Origin: Pseudomonadota bacterium
Lineage (GTDB): Bacteria; Bdellovibrionota; FAC87; UBA2466
Reading direction: 5' to 3'
Assembly (NCBI GenBank): GCA_009927005.1
Contig: RFNV01000176.1
Location: 1 to 56,777, forward strand
DNA length: 56,777 nucleotides
A program made the position numbers and the translations under genes. This document shows positions 1 to 9,916 of the stretch, piece by piece (position 1 is the first letter of the stretch; each line of letters starts with the position of its first letter). The notes under the pieces were generated by a model that worked only from the letters and a program-made list of their open reading frames with translations, searched no databases and had not been told where the DNA came from.

Positions 1-1988
1 GTTCTTTCCAGATTGAGCGACTTACTGGCTTTTCCGAGATCCAATTTTAGCGCAGCAAGATCCGACTTGTGACTCAAGGGAACTGTTTCCTCATCCAAAA
101 TACTAATTTCATCGGTGGCGGTATTGTGTTCGCCCGCGATAAACAAAGTATCTGCCGGAATTGAGATGCCTCGAGTCTCTAAAGCATTTCTCACTCTTTG
201 ATCATTGAAGATTCGAGCAGCCACTCTTGCATTTGGGGCTCCACGATGTCCCCCACAAGCTCCGCAATCTAAAGCAGTTGCATAGGCATTGTTAGTAGTT
301 GTACTGCCATGGCCACACAGAAGCACTAACCGACCAAAGTTTTTGAGAAGTCCCATGATTCTCAGTGAGTTCTCTGCGATGCTGACTTGATCTTCATTGG
401 GAATTCCCAATTGGTAAAAGGCATTGCTCCTATCATTTATGTGTTTCAGAACGGGTTGCGTTTCAACAGAGGCTCCAAATACTTTGGAGAACAATCGACC
501 CAAATGGCCCTTCATTTTCGGAGCAAAACTCTGAAAAAGCATGGAAAGACCACCGATTCCTCCCACTGTTTCTACCAAGGCAAAGGGAGACACCGAGGTG
601 TTTTTAACTTCGTGCCAGGCTTCATCGAGAGCCTTTACGGATTCCTGATGATTCAACACTTTTTGGGCCTCATTCTCTTGTCCCGGAACAGGTTCTTCGC
701 AGACCAGGTATTTTGGGCGAATAAGAACGGGGCACTGAGAACTGGGCTCGGTCACACCGAATGGCTGGTGAGCGAGTGGAACCGCGAAGAAACCCGCAAA
801 GCCATAGGTGTCGTAACTTCCCTGTTGTTCTAGATTGCGCCGATAAGCTTCTGAACGTACATCGATGCAAAACACCGCTTGAGCTTTAGGTCTCTTTTGA
901 TCTTTGAGATCAAAAAGCTGGCGGCTATAGGAAGCTTTACCTAAATCTCCCAATAACCTTTTTCGATAGTTTCGCTCAAAAGCTTCTAACCAAATGAGTC
1001 CTGCTTGAGGCTCTTGTTTGACTTCCCCTGCAGGCAGCTTCTGTTTCGCAAAACGTAGCATCTCGTCCCAGGGAGACAAACTATTTGTCGCTTCCCGAAA
1101 GGTAATTTGAGCTCCGGCAGCGTCATAGGCCATTCGAACGGCCAAGTAATCAATTAATGGCTCGGTTTTATTCTTCCCTCGATAGAACTGATTCTCGGCC
1201 CCTTGAAGCAAGAACAAACCCGACCACCCCGGAGTAGAAGCTAAATGTCTTACTAAATAATCAACGACTTGGGTTTCTGGTACCCCCAAATCCTCGATCA
1301 TCACCTTAATAGCACTAATATTTTTCGAAGGAAGACTTCTCACATAGTCTCTAAATCCTGCAAGGCCTGCTAGCTCCACGCCCTTTTCGAGGGTGACCAA
1401 ATCCTTCCATGCTTTGAAAAAGCCATTTTCTCGTCCTGGCATTGCCCAAGCAGCTTCCCCGCGGTCAAAGTAAGCACTCGCCCATTTAGTTACTTCCGCT
1501 TGCATCAAAGGATACAATTTCGTTCCCAAGAGCTGATCCGACCATTCACTCAGAAGCAGAAAAACATCTGAAGGACTTTCTTTTGAAACTGAGGGTTCAT
1601 CCTGACTAGCCTGTTCAATCATGACCTTCATCAGATCTTCGACAGACATACCCGGATTTACACTTCTCACGGATTCAAAAAGATCATTTGACGTAATTCT
1701 GCCGCTCTTAAACTGACTATAAAAATAATCTAGCTCTGGCAGCCCCTTTGCGTGGTACATCTTTTTGGCAACTTGAACCGCTTCTTTAAAGTTCTCCGTT
1801 TCAAAACCCTGCAAAGGATTCACAGCGATGAAGTTTGCAAGAGGCCAAACGGGTGCCACCTTCTGGCAAGCTTCTCTGATCGCAGACTCCACATCCCTCT
1901 TTTGAACTCTCTCCTCGCTGCGCACAGTTTTTTCCGAGCGCAAGGAAATGAGAGTATCTTGCGTTGGATTAATATTTTGTGTGAACAT
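1..1988 (-). CDS. dabA: DUF2309 / DabA inorganic carbon transporter subunit (beta-CA-like); 3' end runs off the window
   Basis: Not in the ORF track because it has no stop in the window. Spot translation from ATG at 1988 gives MFTQNINP...VAPVWPLANFIAVNPLQGFE, AQAVFCIDVRSEAYRR, CGHGS...LDCGACGG and GEHNTATD, the hallmark DUF2309 motifs with Cys/Asp/His/Cys Zn ligands. Overlaps the dabB end. Confidence 0.93.
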   Translation of the reverse strand, partial: MFTQNINPTQDTLISLRSEKTVRSEERVQKRDVESAIREACQKVAPVWPLANFIAVNPLQGFETENFKEAVQVAKKMYHAKGLPELDYFYSQFKSGRITSNDLFESVRSVNPGMSVEDLMKVMIEQASQDEPSVSKESPSDVFLLLSEWSDQLLGTKLYPLMQAEVTKWASAYFDRGEAAWAMPGRENGFFKAWKDLVTLEKGVELAGLAGFRDYVRSLPSKNISAIKVMIEDLGVPETQVVDYLVRHLASTPGWSGLFLLQGAENQFYRGKNKTEPLIDYLAVRMAYDAAGAQITFREATNSLSPWDEMLRFAKQKLPAGEVKQEPQAGLIWLEAFERNYRKRLLGDLGKASYSRQLFDLKDQKRPKAQAVFCIDVRSEAYRRNLEQQGSYDTYGFAGFFAVPLAHQPFGVTEPSSQCPVLIRPKYLVCEEPVPGQENEAQKVLNHQESVKALDEAWHEVKNTSVSPFALVETVGGIGGLSMLFQSFAPKMKGHLGRLFSKVFGASVETQPVLKHINDRSNAFYQLGIPNEDQVSIAENSLRIMGLLKNFGRLVLLCGHGSTTTNNAYATALDCGACGGHRGAPNARVAARIFNDQRVRNALETRGISIPADTLFIAGEHNTATDEISILDEETVPLSHKSDLAALKLDLGKASKSLNLER

Positions 1989-3666
1989 CGTTTTTCTCCT
2001 GAAGAGCCACCTTTGTGATGGCTAAAGTTTCAAAACTTGGCATCATTTCGGTCTTGCCTAGCATTTGGAAAATAACTTTTCTCCAAAGCTGCTCAATATA
2101 AAAGTGATTAAGGCAGAGCACGTACACTTGTTTCGCCCATTTTTTATCCTGACAATCGCGTGCTACTTCTACAAAAACAAACATTCCCACAAAGAGCACT
2201 GCTACGAGAGCGACAAAGACGTGATTGAGTTCCCCAAACACTGGGTTTTGAGCGCCCAACATCAAGACAGGATCTAGAAAGGAAGCAAGAGCTCCCAAAG
2301 CTGTCCAATACAAGAGCATTCCACCATAACTGAGGCCCACGACAATCAACAACGGTGTCGAGCCAGAAGGGTTTCTCATCACCGGAGTGATGGCTTGGGT
2401 GGCACTGAACCACAAGAAAATGCACAGAAACAACCCACCAGGTTTAGCCGAGAGATCAATTCCCAAAGTCGTGATACTCAGAATCACCAGGCCAAGGGCA
2501 ATCGCAGCAGAAATGGACCGATGAAAACTGGAGCCCTTTTCACTTTTCTCAGCAAAATCGAAAGTCGTGGGTGTCGTATCGATTCGGCTAGCAGCACTCA
2601 AAAACGCATTGGCTTTGTAGAAACCGTGCATGATCAAGTGTAGTACCGCTGCAGAGAAAGCGCCGAGTCCACATTGCATCATCATATAGCCCATTTGAGA
2701 AATCGTAGAGTAGGCTAAGGAGCGCTTGATATCCGTTTGAACCAAGTAAATGAGCCCACCAAAAAGAGCTGTGAGCGCGCCGACGGCAAAAAGAATATGC
2801 AGTGCCAGGCTCGCGTGAGAGACAATCGGACTAAGCCGGACAATCAAAAATCCACCCGCATTAATAATCCCTGCATGCATGAGGGCAGATACAGGCGTTG
2901 GCGTTTCCATCGTATCGGGAAGCCAAATGTGAAACGGAAACTGAGCGGACTTAGTCATTGCCCCAATCACATATAGAGACCCAACCAGAGCGGCGGGATT
3001 GAGAGTTACTCCAAGAACATTCAGAGGCTCCCAGCTCCCGTGATTTCTCACAATCTCAAAGATCTCCGACAGCTCAAACGTTCCAAAGACTGAGTAAGTT
3101 AAGATGAGAGCGAACAGGAGGGCCACATCTCCAATTCGACTGATAACGAATTTTCTCCACGCGGCTTTCTGAGCAGCTTCTCTTTCCGAAAAGTGCAGGA
3201 GAAGCCTGTGGACCCCGAAACTTACGAGAAACCAAGACAAAGTGAGTGCTAAGAGGTTTCGGCTAATCACAAAAAGGGTTACCGAGAAAAGAACGAAGGA
3301 AAGCCACGCAAAAAACCTTCCTTGCCTTTTGTCGCCATCTAAGTAGCGGACGGAATATCTTTGAACTACCAGACCGATAGAAGTGATCAGTAATACCGAT
3401 AAGATTGAGAGCCTATCGATCCACACTCCCACAGAGAAGTGAAAGGTATCGGGGTTCCCAACAATCCCAAAGATCCGATCGATTGCTCCTGTTTCGAGGA
3501 CTCCGTAGCCCAATATCAGTGCTGAAACAAACGAAATGCCTGCTCCCACAAGAGACAATTTTCGCATCGCCAAGGGCTTTTCTTTTAACCCCAGCAATCC
3601 GGAAAGCCCCGCTACAAGGGGTGCCCCTAAAAGAAGAAAAGTAGCAACTGACAATGCCGTATTCAT
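1969..3666 (-). CDS. dabB: NuoL/ND5-like proton-conducting membrane subunit DabB
   Basis: 565-aa polytopic protein with TKSAQFPFHIWLPDTMETPTPVSALMHAG and LAYSTISQMG motifs; directly upstream of the DUF2309 gene; no other nuo genes nearby. Confidence 0.9.
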   Translation of the reverse strand: MNTALSVATFLLLGAPLVAGLSGLLGLKEKPLAMRKLSLVGAGISFVSALILGYGVLETGAIDRIFGIVGNPDTFHFSVGVWIDRLSILSVLLITSIGLVVQRYSVRYLDGDKRQGRFFAWLSFVLFSVTLFVISRNLLALTLSWFLVSFGVHRLLLHFSEREAAQKAAWRKFVISRIGDVALLFALILTYSVFGTFELSEIFEIVRNHGSWEPLNVLGVTLNPAALVGSLYVIGAMTKSAQFPFHIWLPDTMETPTPVSALMHAGIINAGGFLIVRLSPIVSHASLALHILFAVGALTALFGGLIYLVQTDIKRSLAYSTISQMGYMMMQCGLGAFSAAVLHLIMHGFYKANAFLSAASRIDTTPTTFDFAEKSEKGSSFHRSISAAIALGLVILSITTLGIDLSAKPGGLFLCIFLWFSATQAITPVMRNPSGSTPLLIVVGLSYGGMLLYWTALGALASFLDPVLMLGAQNPVFGELNHVFVALVAVLFVGMFVFVEVARDCQDKKWAKQVYVLCLNHFYIEQLWRKVIFQMLGKTEMMPSFETLAITKVALQEKNDVHTKY

Positions 3667-3724
3667 GATTGGTTCCTCCGTGATCCCAACGTCAGTTATA
3701 CGGCCAAGTAAGGTGTTTAAAAAA

Positions 3725-3761
3725 ATAGATAATAGATATTCTATCTATCGTTTAAAACGAA
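3725..3761 (-). promoter_or_regulatory. Putative LysR (NhaR-like) operator upstream of dabB
   Basis: ATCG-N7-CGAA (T-N11-A) box at 3747-3761 plus ATAGATAATA segment; 20/26 identity (3725-3750) to the element upstream of terC (8983-9008). Confidence 0.65.
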
Positions 3762-5135
3762 TCAGCTTTCGCCCAAAGCGGCATGGAGGTTGGCTAGGCT
3801 TTTGAGGTAATCAGCTAAAGCATCCACTTCTCTGACTGCGGCATCGGCTGTGGCTTGTTCCCGAATATTCACAAAAAGTTGATTGCTGTCCCCTTGGCGA
3901 AATCGAACTCTCTCACCTTGCTCCAATTTTTTCGCCAACTGAGTCTCTTGTTCGGTTACTTGCGCTCTTAGAAGAGCCGCATTTAGAGCAGACTTTGCAT
4001 TGTAAACTTCCACCGCAATTTTATCTTTCAGAAAACGTTCCTGCAGTTCCAGCCTTGCGAGCGTTGCTTTTGAAAAGTCTTCGCGTCCGCCAGCAACATT
4101 TACTTGGAGTGGTACTTCCAACTGAATGCCAGCCTCAAGCTGAGTGCCATTACGAACAGGATCGCCGTTCTGCAAACTTCGAATAGCTTGAACTTGAATG
4201 TCTATTTTTGGAGCCGTTTGGTTCTCCGCAAGCTCCAGCTCGATTTCATTTTGCCCTTTTAGAAGTTGGAACCGATTGAGATCCGGTCGAGATTTGAGTG
4301 CCTTTTCCAACCCCTCTTTGGGCTCGGCCTCAGGATTCGGAGTTGGGAGGTTAGCCCCCAAATGCTCCGGCCCGGCAAAGATAGGATTCCCCTCCTTATC
4401 ACGAAAATAGAGAGAGAGATCGATAGTGGCTTGTTGCAGTGAACGTTCAGCTGAGATCAGTTGAGATCGCCTCTGAAGAATAGCCCGTTCATTGTCTCTT
4501 CTTTCAAATTCTGGCAAATCCCCATGTTTAACTCTTTCTTTGAGTCCATCATCTCTCTCAACAGCAATTTTTAGTAGCGCTTGGTAAATCTCGACTTTTT
4601 TTGCCGCCGAAACCCAATCCCAATAACGATTACTTGCTTCCTTGACTGCATCTATTCTTTGTTGAATCACTTGGAGATCCGCAACTTGCAACCCCAGCTT
4701 AGCGCGCCCAATGTTGGCTCTTCTTCTATCGGTAGGTCCATCTCGCCAAAGGGGAATATTAAAACCAGCTCTAAGTTCTCCTCCGGGATTGGTTTTTAGC
4801 TTCCCATCATAGATTGCAAAATCGCCGACTCCCAATCGATAACCAGCAAACAGATTTGTTCCCCAAAGGGTGGTTGGTTTCTCTATGAGGGAGTCCAAGC
4901 GATCATTTTGATAGTAGCCAAGCACGCTCGATGCAACCCGTGTTTTCCATTGAATGTCGAAAGCTCCCTCTGACGAACGAATCTCTGCTCCCGCTGCTTC
5001 AACATCCTTTTGGGCCCCTTCCACAAGCGGATAGCGTTCTCGTACGGAGGATAAAACTGCATCCAATGTCAATGGAGTACAGACTCCCACAGTCGAAATG
5101 AAGCTGAGTGCAGTAATGATAAGTACAGCTTTCAT
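3762..5135 (-). CDS. TolC-family outer membrane efflux protein
   Basis: Signal peptide, OEP-like repeats (LEKALKSRPDL, ERVRFRQGDS), downstream of HlyD and ABC genes. Confidence 0.9.
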   Translation of the reverse strand: MKAVLIITALSFISTVGVCTPLTLDAVLSSVRERYPLVEGAQKDVEAAGAEIRSSEGAFDIQWKTRVASSVLGYYQNDRLDSLIEKPTTLWGTNLFAGYRLGVGDFAIYDGKLKTNPGGELRAGFNIPLWRDGPTDRRRANIGRAKLGLQVADLQVIQQRIDAVKEASNRYWDWVSAAKKVEIYQALLKIAVERDDGLKERVKHGDLPEFERRDNERAILQRRSQLISAERSLQQATIDLSLYFRDKEGNPIFAGPEHLGANLPTPNPEAEPKEGLEKALKSRPDLNRFQLLKGQNEIELELAENQTAPKIDIQVQAIRSLQNGDPVRNGTQLEAGIQLEVPLQVNVAGGREDFSKATLARLELQERFLKDKIAVEVYNAKSALNAALLRAQVTEQETQLAKKLEQGERVRFRQGDSNQLFVNIREQATADAAVREVDALADYLKSLANLHAALGES

Positions 5136-5136
5136 A

Positions 5137-6189
5137 TTAGCTTTTACTTTTTGCCGAATCTCCTTTTACTGGAGTCGGAAAGCTTGGGGGAAAACCGTTG
5201 AAACGTCTCCAGAGTTCATACCCAAGCGAAACACGATTCAAAAGAACCCATCCCAAAGCTCGAACCCCTTGGCGTAAATAGGCCCCTTCTGGCCACGGCT
5301 CATTTTCTAGCGGTACAATGACCACTCTAAATTTCCCTTCACCGCTATCGCTGGCGTCGATTAAAGTGACTTTTCCTCCATAGGTTCCGTAGGCTGCTCC
5401 CGGCCAGCCACTGAATTGAATGGCAGGCCACCCCTCAAACTGGAGTCGAACTTCTGCATTTTCGCGGATAAGAGGCATATCATTGCCCGCTATCCACAGT
5501 TCCACGGCACGGGATTCCGTCTCAGGAACCAACAGAGCGAGCATTTGCCCTGATTTTACAATTTGAGCACCCTGACCCGAGATCACTCTCAGAATCGTTC
5601 CTGCAATCGGTGCCCTCACTGATTGAGTCATCTGCCTCGCAAGACGTACATCCATGCGGGCAAGCTCAGCCGATGAGTTTGCCTCATCCACTAACAATTT
5701 GGTGTATTCTAAATTGGCTTGTTCTAGAGCACGGCGAGCACTCAGCCCCTTCTCGACAAGGAGCTTCTGTCTATCGAGATTGATTTTTGAAGTGTTCACT
5801 GCAGCTTCAGTCGCCATCACGCGCTTTGCAAGAGCATCTCGCTCTTGTCTTAATCGCTCTAAAATTTCAGGATCATTATCGGTCAATTCGACAATAAGAT
5901 CTCCCTGCGCAACTTTGGATCCCTCCACTACATGCCATTTGGCAATTCTGCCATCCACAGGTGCATTAATTTCTTGAGTTCTGTCATTGGGAGAATAGGC
6001 AATCACTCGGCCGTTCCCCTTTGCAGTTTGTTGCCACGGCAGGAGGACGAGGCCTAAAAAGCAGGAGAAAAACAGAAAGAGAAATCCGCCAAAGAAAACT
6101 CGATAGTTCCGCTCGGTCGTTACCAAAGTGATCGCTTTTAAGGGGGTCGATGAATTCAATACTTGAAATTTTTCAGAGCGGTGCCGCAT
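5137..6189 (-). CDS. HlyD-family membrane fusion/adaptor protein
   Basis: N-terminal TM helix, split lipoyl motifs (INAPVDGRI...VRAPIAGTI), coiled-coil hairpin, VRLQFEGWPAIQFSGWP signature. Confidence 0.92.
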   Translation of the reverse strand: MRHRSEKFQVLNSSTPLKAITLVTTERNYRVFFGGFLFLFFSCFLGLVLLPWQQTAKGNGRVIAYSPNDRTQEINAPVDGRIAKWHVVEGSKVAQGDLIVELTDNDPEILERLRQERDALAKRVMATEAAVNTSKINLDRQKLLVEKGLSARRALEQANLEYTKLLVDEANSSAELARMDVRLARQMTQSVRAPIAGTILRVISGQGAQIVKSGQMLALLVPETESRAVELWIAGNDMPLIRENAEVRLQFEGWPAIQFSGWPGAAYGTYGGKVTLIDASDSGEGKFRVVIVPLENEPWPEGAYLRQGVRALGWVLLNRVSLGYELWRRFNGFPPSFPTPVKGDSAKSKS

Positions 6190-6190
6190 T

Positions 6191-7909
6191 TTATGCTGAC
6201 CTCCTCTCTTTAAGCGAATCTAACGCAATAACGGCGTCACACTTCGTCGCTAAGTCGGTATCATGTGTGGTAATTAAGAGTGTCCAAGGAGAAGATTTCT
6301 GTAGAATTACGCTCAAAGCGCGCTCTCGAGTTTTTTCATCGAGATCGTCTAGCGTTTCATCCACCAACAAAAGTCTTGGGCGCGCAACGATGGCACGAGC
6401 GAGACCGAGGCGATGAGCTTGCGCAATTGAGAGTGGTCTTCCATCCCCTGTGAGCTGAGTCTGAAGGCCCTCGGGAAGAGATTCGATCTCTTGAAGCAGC
6501 CCCAAATCAGACAGAACTTGCCGTACTTCGTCTAAGCCAACACTCTCTCGACCTGCTCTTACATTTTCAAAGATACTGTCTGGCAAAATTTCCAGCCCCC
6601 TCACCAGAGCGACTTGATCGCGAACACTCTCGATAGAAAGATCTCGAAAATCATATCCATCTATCAATAGAGCTCCATTCGTGGCTTTCCTAATTCCGTA
6701 AAGGAGATCAACTAAAGTCGTCTTTCCAGAGGAGTTTGCTCCCAAGAGAGCTACTTTGGAGCCAGATGAAATTTTAAAGTTGAGCTCATGGAATAATGGC
6801 TCACCGGAATCGTAGGAGTAAGAGAGCCCTTTTATTTCCACTTCCGCTGGGACGCTTATTGCTTTTAGAGGAGCCCCCTGGGCTTGTTCCATCGGGAGTG
6901 TAAAAAGATACTCGAGCTTATCAAGAGCTGCGACCAGGTCATAAAAGGCTTCTAGATGCTTCTGAAATTTTGCAAGAGAAGCTAAAGCAGTGGTCACCAC
7001 AATCTCAGCAGCCACGAGTTGCCCAACAGTAAGCTGATTTTTGCTTACCAAGTAAGCACCAATACCTAAAAGAGCTGAACTGGCAATCGCCTGCAATGCT
7101 AGGGAGCCAAGAACTTGGCGCATCAGGATTTTAAAATGAGCACTTCGGGCTTCTAAAAAGCCTGTCACCACTTCATCCGCTTTTCGAAGGGCTAGTGTTC
7201 TTGCAGTACTCGACCGAAAAAGCAGCGGTCTTGCAGCGAGATCTTCCAGCCACGCCGCCACTCGATATTTCTGTGCAGATTCCTCAACGCTAGAAACAAT
7301 TGCGCCTCTCCCAAGCAGAAATAAAATAACCCCGATCGAAGCAATCATCACAATGGCAAAGGCTAAGAGAAACCAGTGGTAAAAGCCAAGTAAGACAAGT
7401 CCCAAGACAACTTGAAGAGCCAACGCAAACCCCTCAAGAAGTAACATCGCACTGCTTTTTTGAACGGTGAGGACATCAAAAAAACGATTGACGAGATCAG
7501 GAAAGCGACTGGTGCTTTTCCCATCCAGAACCAAACGTGGAATACGGTAAGCTAACTCAAGTGCAATTTCGCTAAACAATCTCTTTTGAAGTTGCTCCAC
7601 AATAAAAACTTGAATCCCACGCAAGACAGCTGCGGAGGTAAGACCAATAAACACTGCCAGAATCAAAAAAAGCACGGGCTGGCTAAAGGCCCCAAAATTG
7701 ACTGTGCTCACTAAAGTCTGGATACCAACGGGAATCGCTAACGAAAGGATGCCAACTCCCAGCCCGTAGATAAGAACGACTGAAATTTCCTTTCCCTCTC
7801 CTTGGAGCATGGAACGGATCAGGCGTGAAGCTGAAATCGGATGTTTCCCTGAACCCACTTGGTTTCTCCCTGGCTCGGTAAAATCTGTTTTATTTCCCAA
7901 GTATTTCAT
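6191..7909 (-). CDS. ABC exporter, fused TMD + NBD (HlyB/PrtD-like, no C39 domain)
   Basis: TMD helices, Walker A GANSSGKT, Walker B LLVDE, H-loop TTHD; signature degenerate (LSIAQ). Confidence 0.9.
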   Translation of the reverse strand: MKYLGNKTDFTEPGRNQVGSGKHPISASRLIRSMLQGEGKEISVVLIYGLGVGILSLAIPVGIQTLVSTVNFGAFSQPVLFLILAVFIGLTSAAVLRGIQVFIVEQLQKRLFSEIALELAYRIPRLVLDGKSTSRFPDLVNRFFDVLTVQKSSAMLLLEGFALALQVVLGLVLLGFYHWFLLAFAIVMIASIGVILFLLGRGAIVSSVEESAQKYRVAAWLEDLAARPLLFRSSTARTLALRKADEVVTGFLEARSAHFKILMRQVLGSLALQAIASSALLGIGAYLVSKNQLTVGQLVAAEIVVTTALASLAKFQKHLEAFYDLVAALDKLEYLFTLPMEQAQGAPLKAISVPAEVEIKGLSYSYDSGEPLFHELNFKISSGSKVALLGANSSGKTTLVDLLYGIRKATNGALLIDGYDFRDLSIESVRDQVALVRGLEILPDSIFENVRAGRESVGLDEVRQVLSDLGLLQEIESLPEGLQTQLTGDGRPLSIAQAHRLGLARAIVARPRLLLVDETLDDLDEKTRERALSVILQKSSPWTLLITTHDTDLATKCDAVIALDSLKERRSA

Positions 7910-7957
7910 CGGCTAGATTTATAAAATAATTGACGATTTCTCCTGTGTTTCACTACT

Positions 7958-8929
7958 TCACTGTCGCTTTGCAAAAAACTTGAGCCATGAAAAAACCATG
8001 CTGCTGCCAATCAAAGTGCAAATAATGAGGAGAGACCAAGTGATAGGAAATTTCCCGCCGAATAACTCGTTGAGCCAGGCCATTTTTAGCCCCACAAAAA
8101 TCAGCACTGCCGCCAACCCATATTTCACGTATTGGAATCTATCCAGAACCCCTGCAAGCATAAAATACATGGACCGCAGCCCTAAAATAGCGAAGATGTT
8201 CGAAGTGAACACAATTAACGGTTCCTTGGTGAGCGCAAAAATAGCCGGGACGGAATCTATCGCAAAAAGAAGATCCGTCAGCTCCAAAAAAACGAGGGCT
8301 AAAAACATCCGGGTTACAAAATAAACCCCGTTTTTCTTAACCCAAAAACCTTTGCCCTGTGCTGAGAAATCAATTCGGAAAACCTTCTTCAAGCCCCGCA
8401 TCAACCAACTTCGCTCGGGTTCCATCATCTGCCCGGTGCTCAAAAGCATTTTTATTCCCGTAATCACAAGAAGAATGCCGAAGAAAATCACCACTCCTTT
8501 GTAAGCCAGTAGATGAGAACCCAGGGCAATGAAAATCGCCCTGAAAATCAAGGCTCCGATAATGCCGAAAAAAAGGACACGGTGCTGGTAAATTTTGGGG
8601 ATTCCAAAATAAGAAAAGACAATCGCAAACACAAACACATTGTCAATTGCCAGTGACTTTTCAACTACGAAGCCAGAGAGAAACTCTAACGCCAATTGCT
8701 TCGCTAAGTCTGGAGAGTCGGGCCATTGCCATCGAACATAAAAAAACAAAAGCAGGTTAAAAAGCCCAGCTAAGCACACCCAAACCAGAGTCCAAACCGA
8801 GGCTTCCCTGACTGATACTTCATGAGCTTTCCGATGAAACACCCCGAGATCCAGGGCTAGCATGAAAAGGACAAAAACACTAAAGCCCAAATAGAAGGGC
8901 CAAAATTCATGGAAGGGAAACACAATCAT
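7958..8929 (-). CDS. TerC/Alx-family metal homeostasis membrane protein
   Basis: EKSLAIDNVFVF, QHRVLFFGIIGA, ELTDLLFAIDSVPA and SNIFAILGLR motifs. Confidence 0.93.
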   Translation of the reverse strand: MIVFPFHEFWPFYLGFSVFVLFMLALDLGVFHRKAHEVSVREASVWTLVWVCLAGLFNLLLFFYVRWQWPDSPDLAKQLALEFLSGFVVEKSLAIDNVFVFAIVFSYFGIPKIYQHRVLFFGIIGALIFRAIFIALGSHLLAYKGVVIFFGILLVITGIKMLLSTGQMMEPERSWLMRGLKKVFRIDFSAQGKGFWVKKNGVYFVTRMFLALVFLELTDLLFAIDSVPAIFALTKEPLIVFTSNIFAILGLRSMYFMLAGVLDRFQYVKYGLAAVLIFVGLKMAWLNELFGGKFPITWSLLIICTLIGSSMVFSWLKFFAKRQ

Positions 8930-8982
8930 CGACTACTCACCTCTCAACTGCTGATTATCGGGAACTTGGATGGATATTTACA

Positions 8983-9019
8983 ATAGATAATAAAAGTGGT
9001 ATGTATCGCTATTAACAAT
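8983..9019. promoter_or_regulatory. Putative LysR operator in the terC/lysR divergent region
   Basis: ATCG-N7-CAAT box at 9005-9019 plus ATAGATAATA segment; classic position for a divergent LysR autoregulatory site. Confidence 0.65.
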
Positions 9020-9031
9020 GCAAAAAACTCT

Positions 9032-9916
9032 ATGAATTCATGGCTTAATTATCACCACCTGTTTTATTTCAAGACAATTGCTGAAGAAGGAAGTGTTTCT
9101 AAAGCAGCTGAAAAACTTCGATTGGGTCAACCGACTCTCAGCGCTCAGCTCAAACAATTTGAAGACGCTCTAGAAGTCCAGCTTTTTGAGCGGCAACACA
9201 AAAAACTGATTCTCACTGAACAAGGACAAATTGCCCTCGATTATGCTCGTAATATTTTTCGAATGGGCTCTGAGATGATCGAAGTCCTTAACGACCGAGT
9301 AACGCCCCACAAATTGGCCCTCCAAGTGGGTGCTCTAGATAGTGTTGCGAAACAAGTAATTGTTCAGCTCGCAAAACAAGCTTATAAATTTGGCGATTGC
9401 TCCATCACCCTCGTGGAAGGTAAATCGGACGAGTTACTCCGAGATCTCTTGGCTCATAAGATTGATCTTTTAGTCACCAATTTTCTGCCCTCGGGAACTG
9501 ATGCAAAAGGGCTTAATCACCGCCTACTGACTAAAAAGAATATTAATATTTACGGGGCACCAGTTTTTAAATCGATGCGGAAAGGGTTTCCCAAGAATCT
9601 ATCAGGACAACCGATGATTCTGCCTACCTACGATAGTAAATTAAGATACGACTTAGATCATTGGTCAAAGAATCAGGGCATACTTTTAAATGTAGTAGCC
9701 GAGAGCCAGGATATTGCAGTAAAAAAACTGATGGCTATTAGTGGATTAGGGTTGATACCAGCTGCAACTCATACCATCACCCGACAGGTCTTAGCTGGAG
9801 AACTAATAGAAATTGGACAGCTGCAGGGGGTGTACGAGGAACTCTATTTAGTAACTGCCAGCCGAAAAGTGGAAAATCCCATAGCAGCTAAACTCATGAA
9901 AGCTTTTCAAATATAG
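9032..9916 (+). CDS. nhaR: LysR-family transcriptional regulator, NhaR-like
   Basis: WLNYHHLFYFKTIAEEGSVSKAAEKLRLGQPTLSAQLKQFE N-terminus typical of the NhaR subfamily. Start placed at ATG 9032 rather than GTG 8996. Confidence 0.85.
   Translation: MNSWLNYHHLFYFKTIAEEGSVSKAAEKLRLGQPTLSAQLKQFEDALEVQLFERQHKKLILTEQGQIALDYARNIFRMGSEMIEVLNDRVTPHKLALQVGALDSVAKQVIVQLAKQAYKFGDCSITLVEGKSDELLRDLLAHKIDLLVTNFLPSGTDAKGLNHRLLTKKNINIYGAPVFKSMRKGFPKNLSGQPMILPTYDSKLRYDLDHWSKNQGILLNVVAESQDIAVKKLMAISGLGLIPAATHTITRQVLAGELIEIGQLQGVYEELYLVTASRKVENPIAAKLMKAFQI

Noticed and set aside
387-2018. Short ORFs 387-833, 670-870 and 1752-2018
   Set aside because: Shadows of dabA, which the ORF track missed because it runs off the window.
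1969-3666. Complex I nuoL or Mrp antiporter subunit
   Set aside because: No other nuo or mrp genes; adjacency to DUF2309 identifies it as DabB.
8996-9031. Longer LysR start at GTG 8996
   Set aside because: Would overlap the operator; the NhaR-like N-terminus fits ATG 9032.
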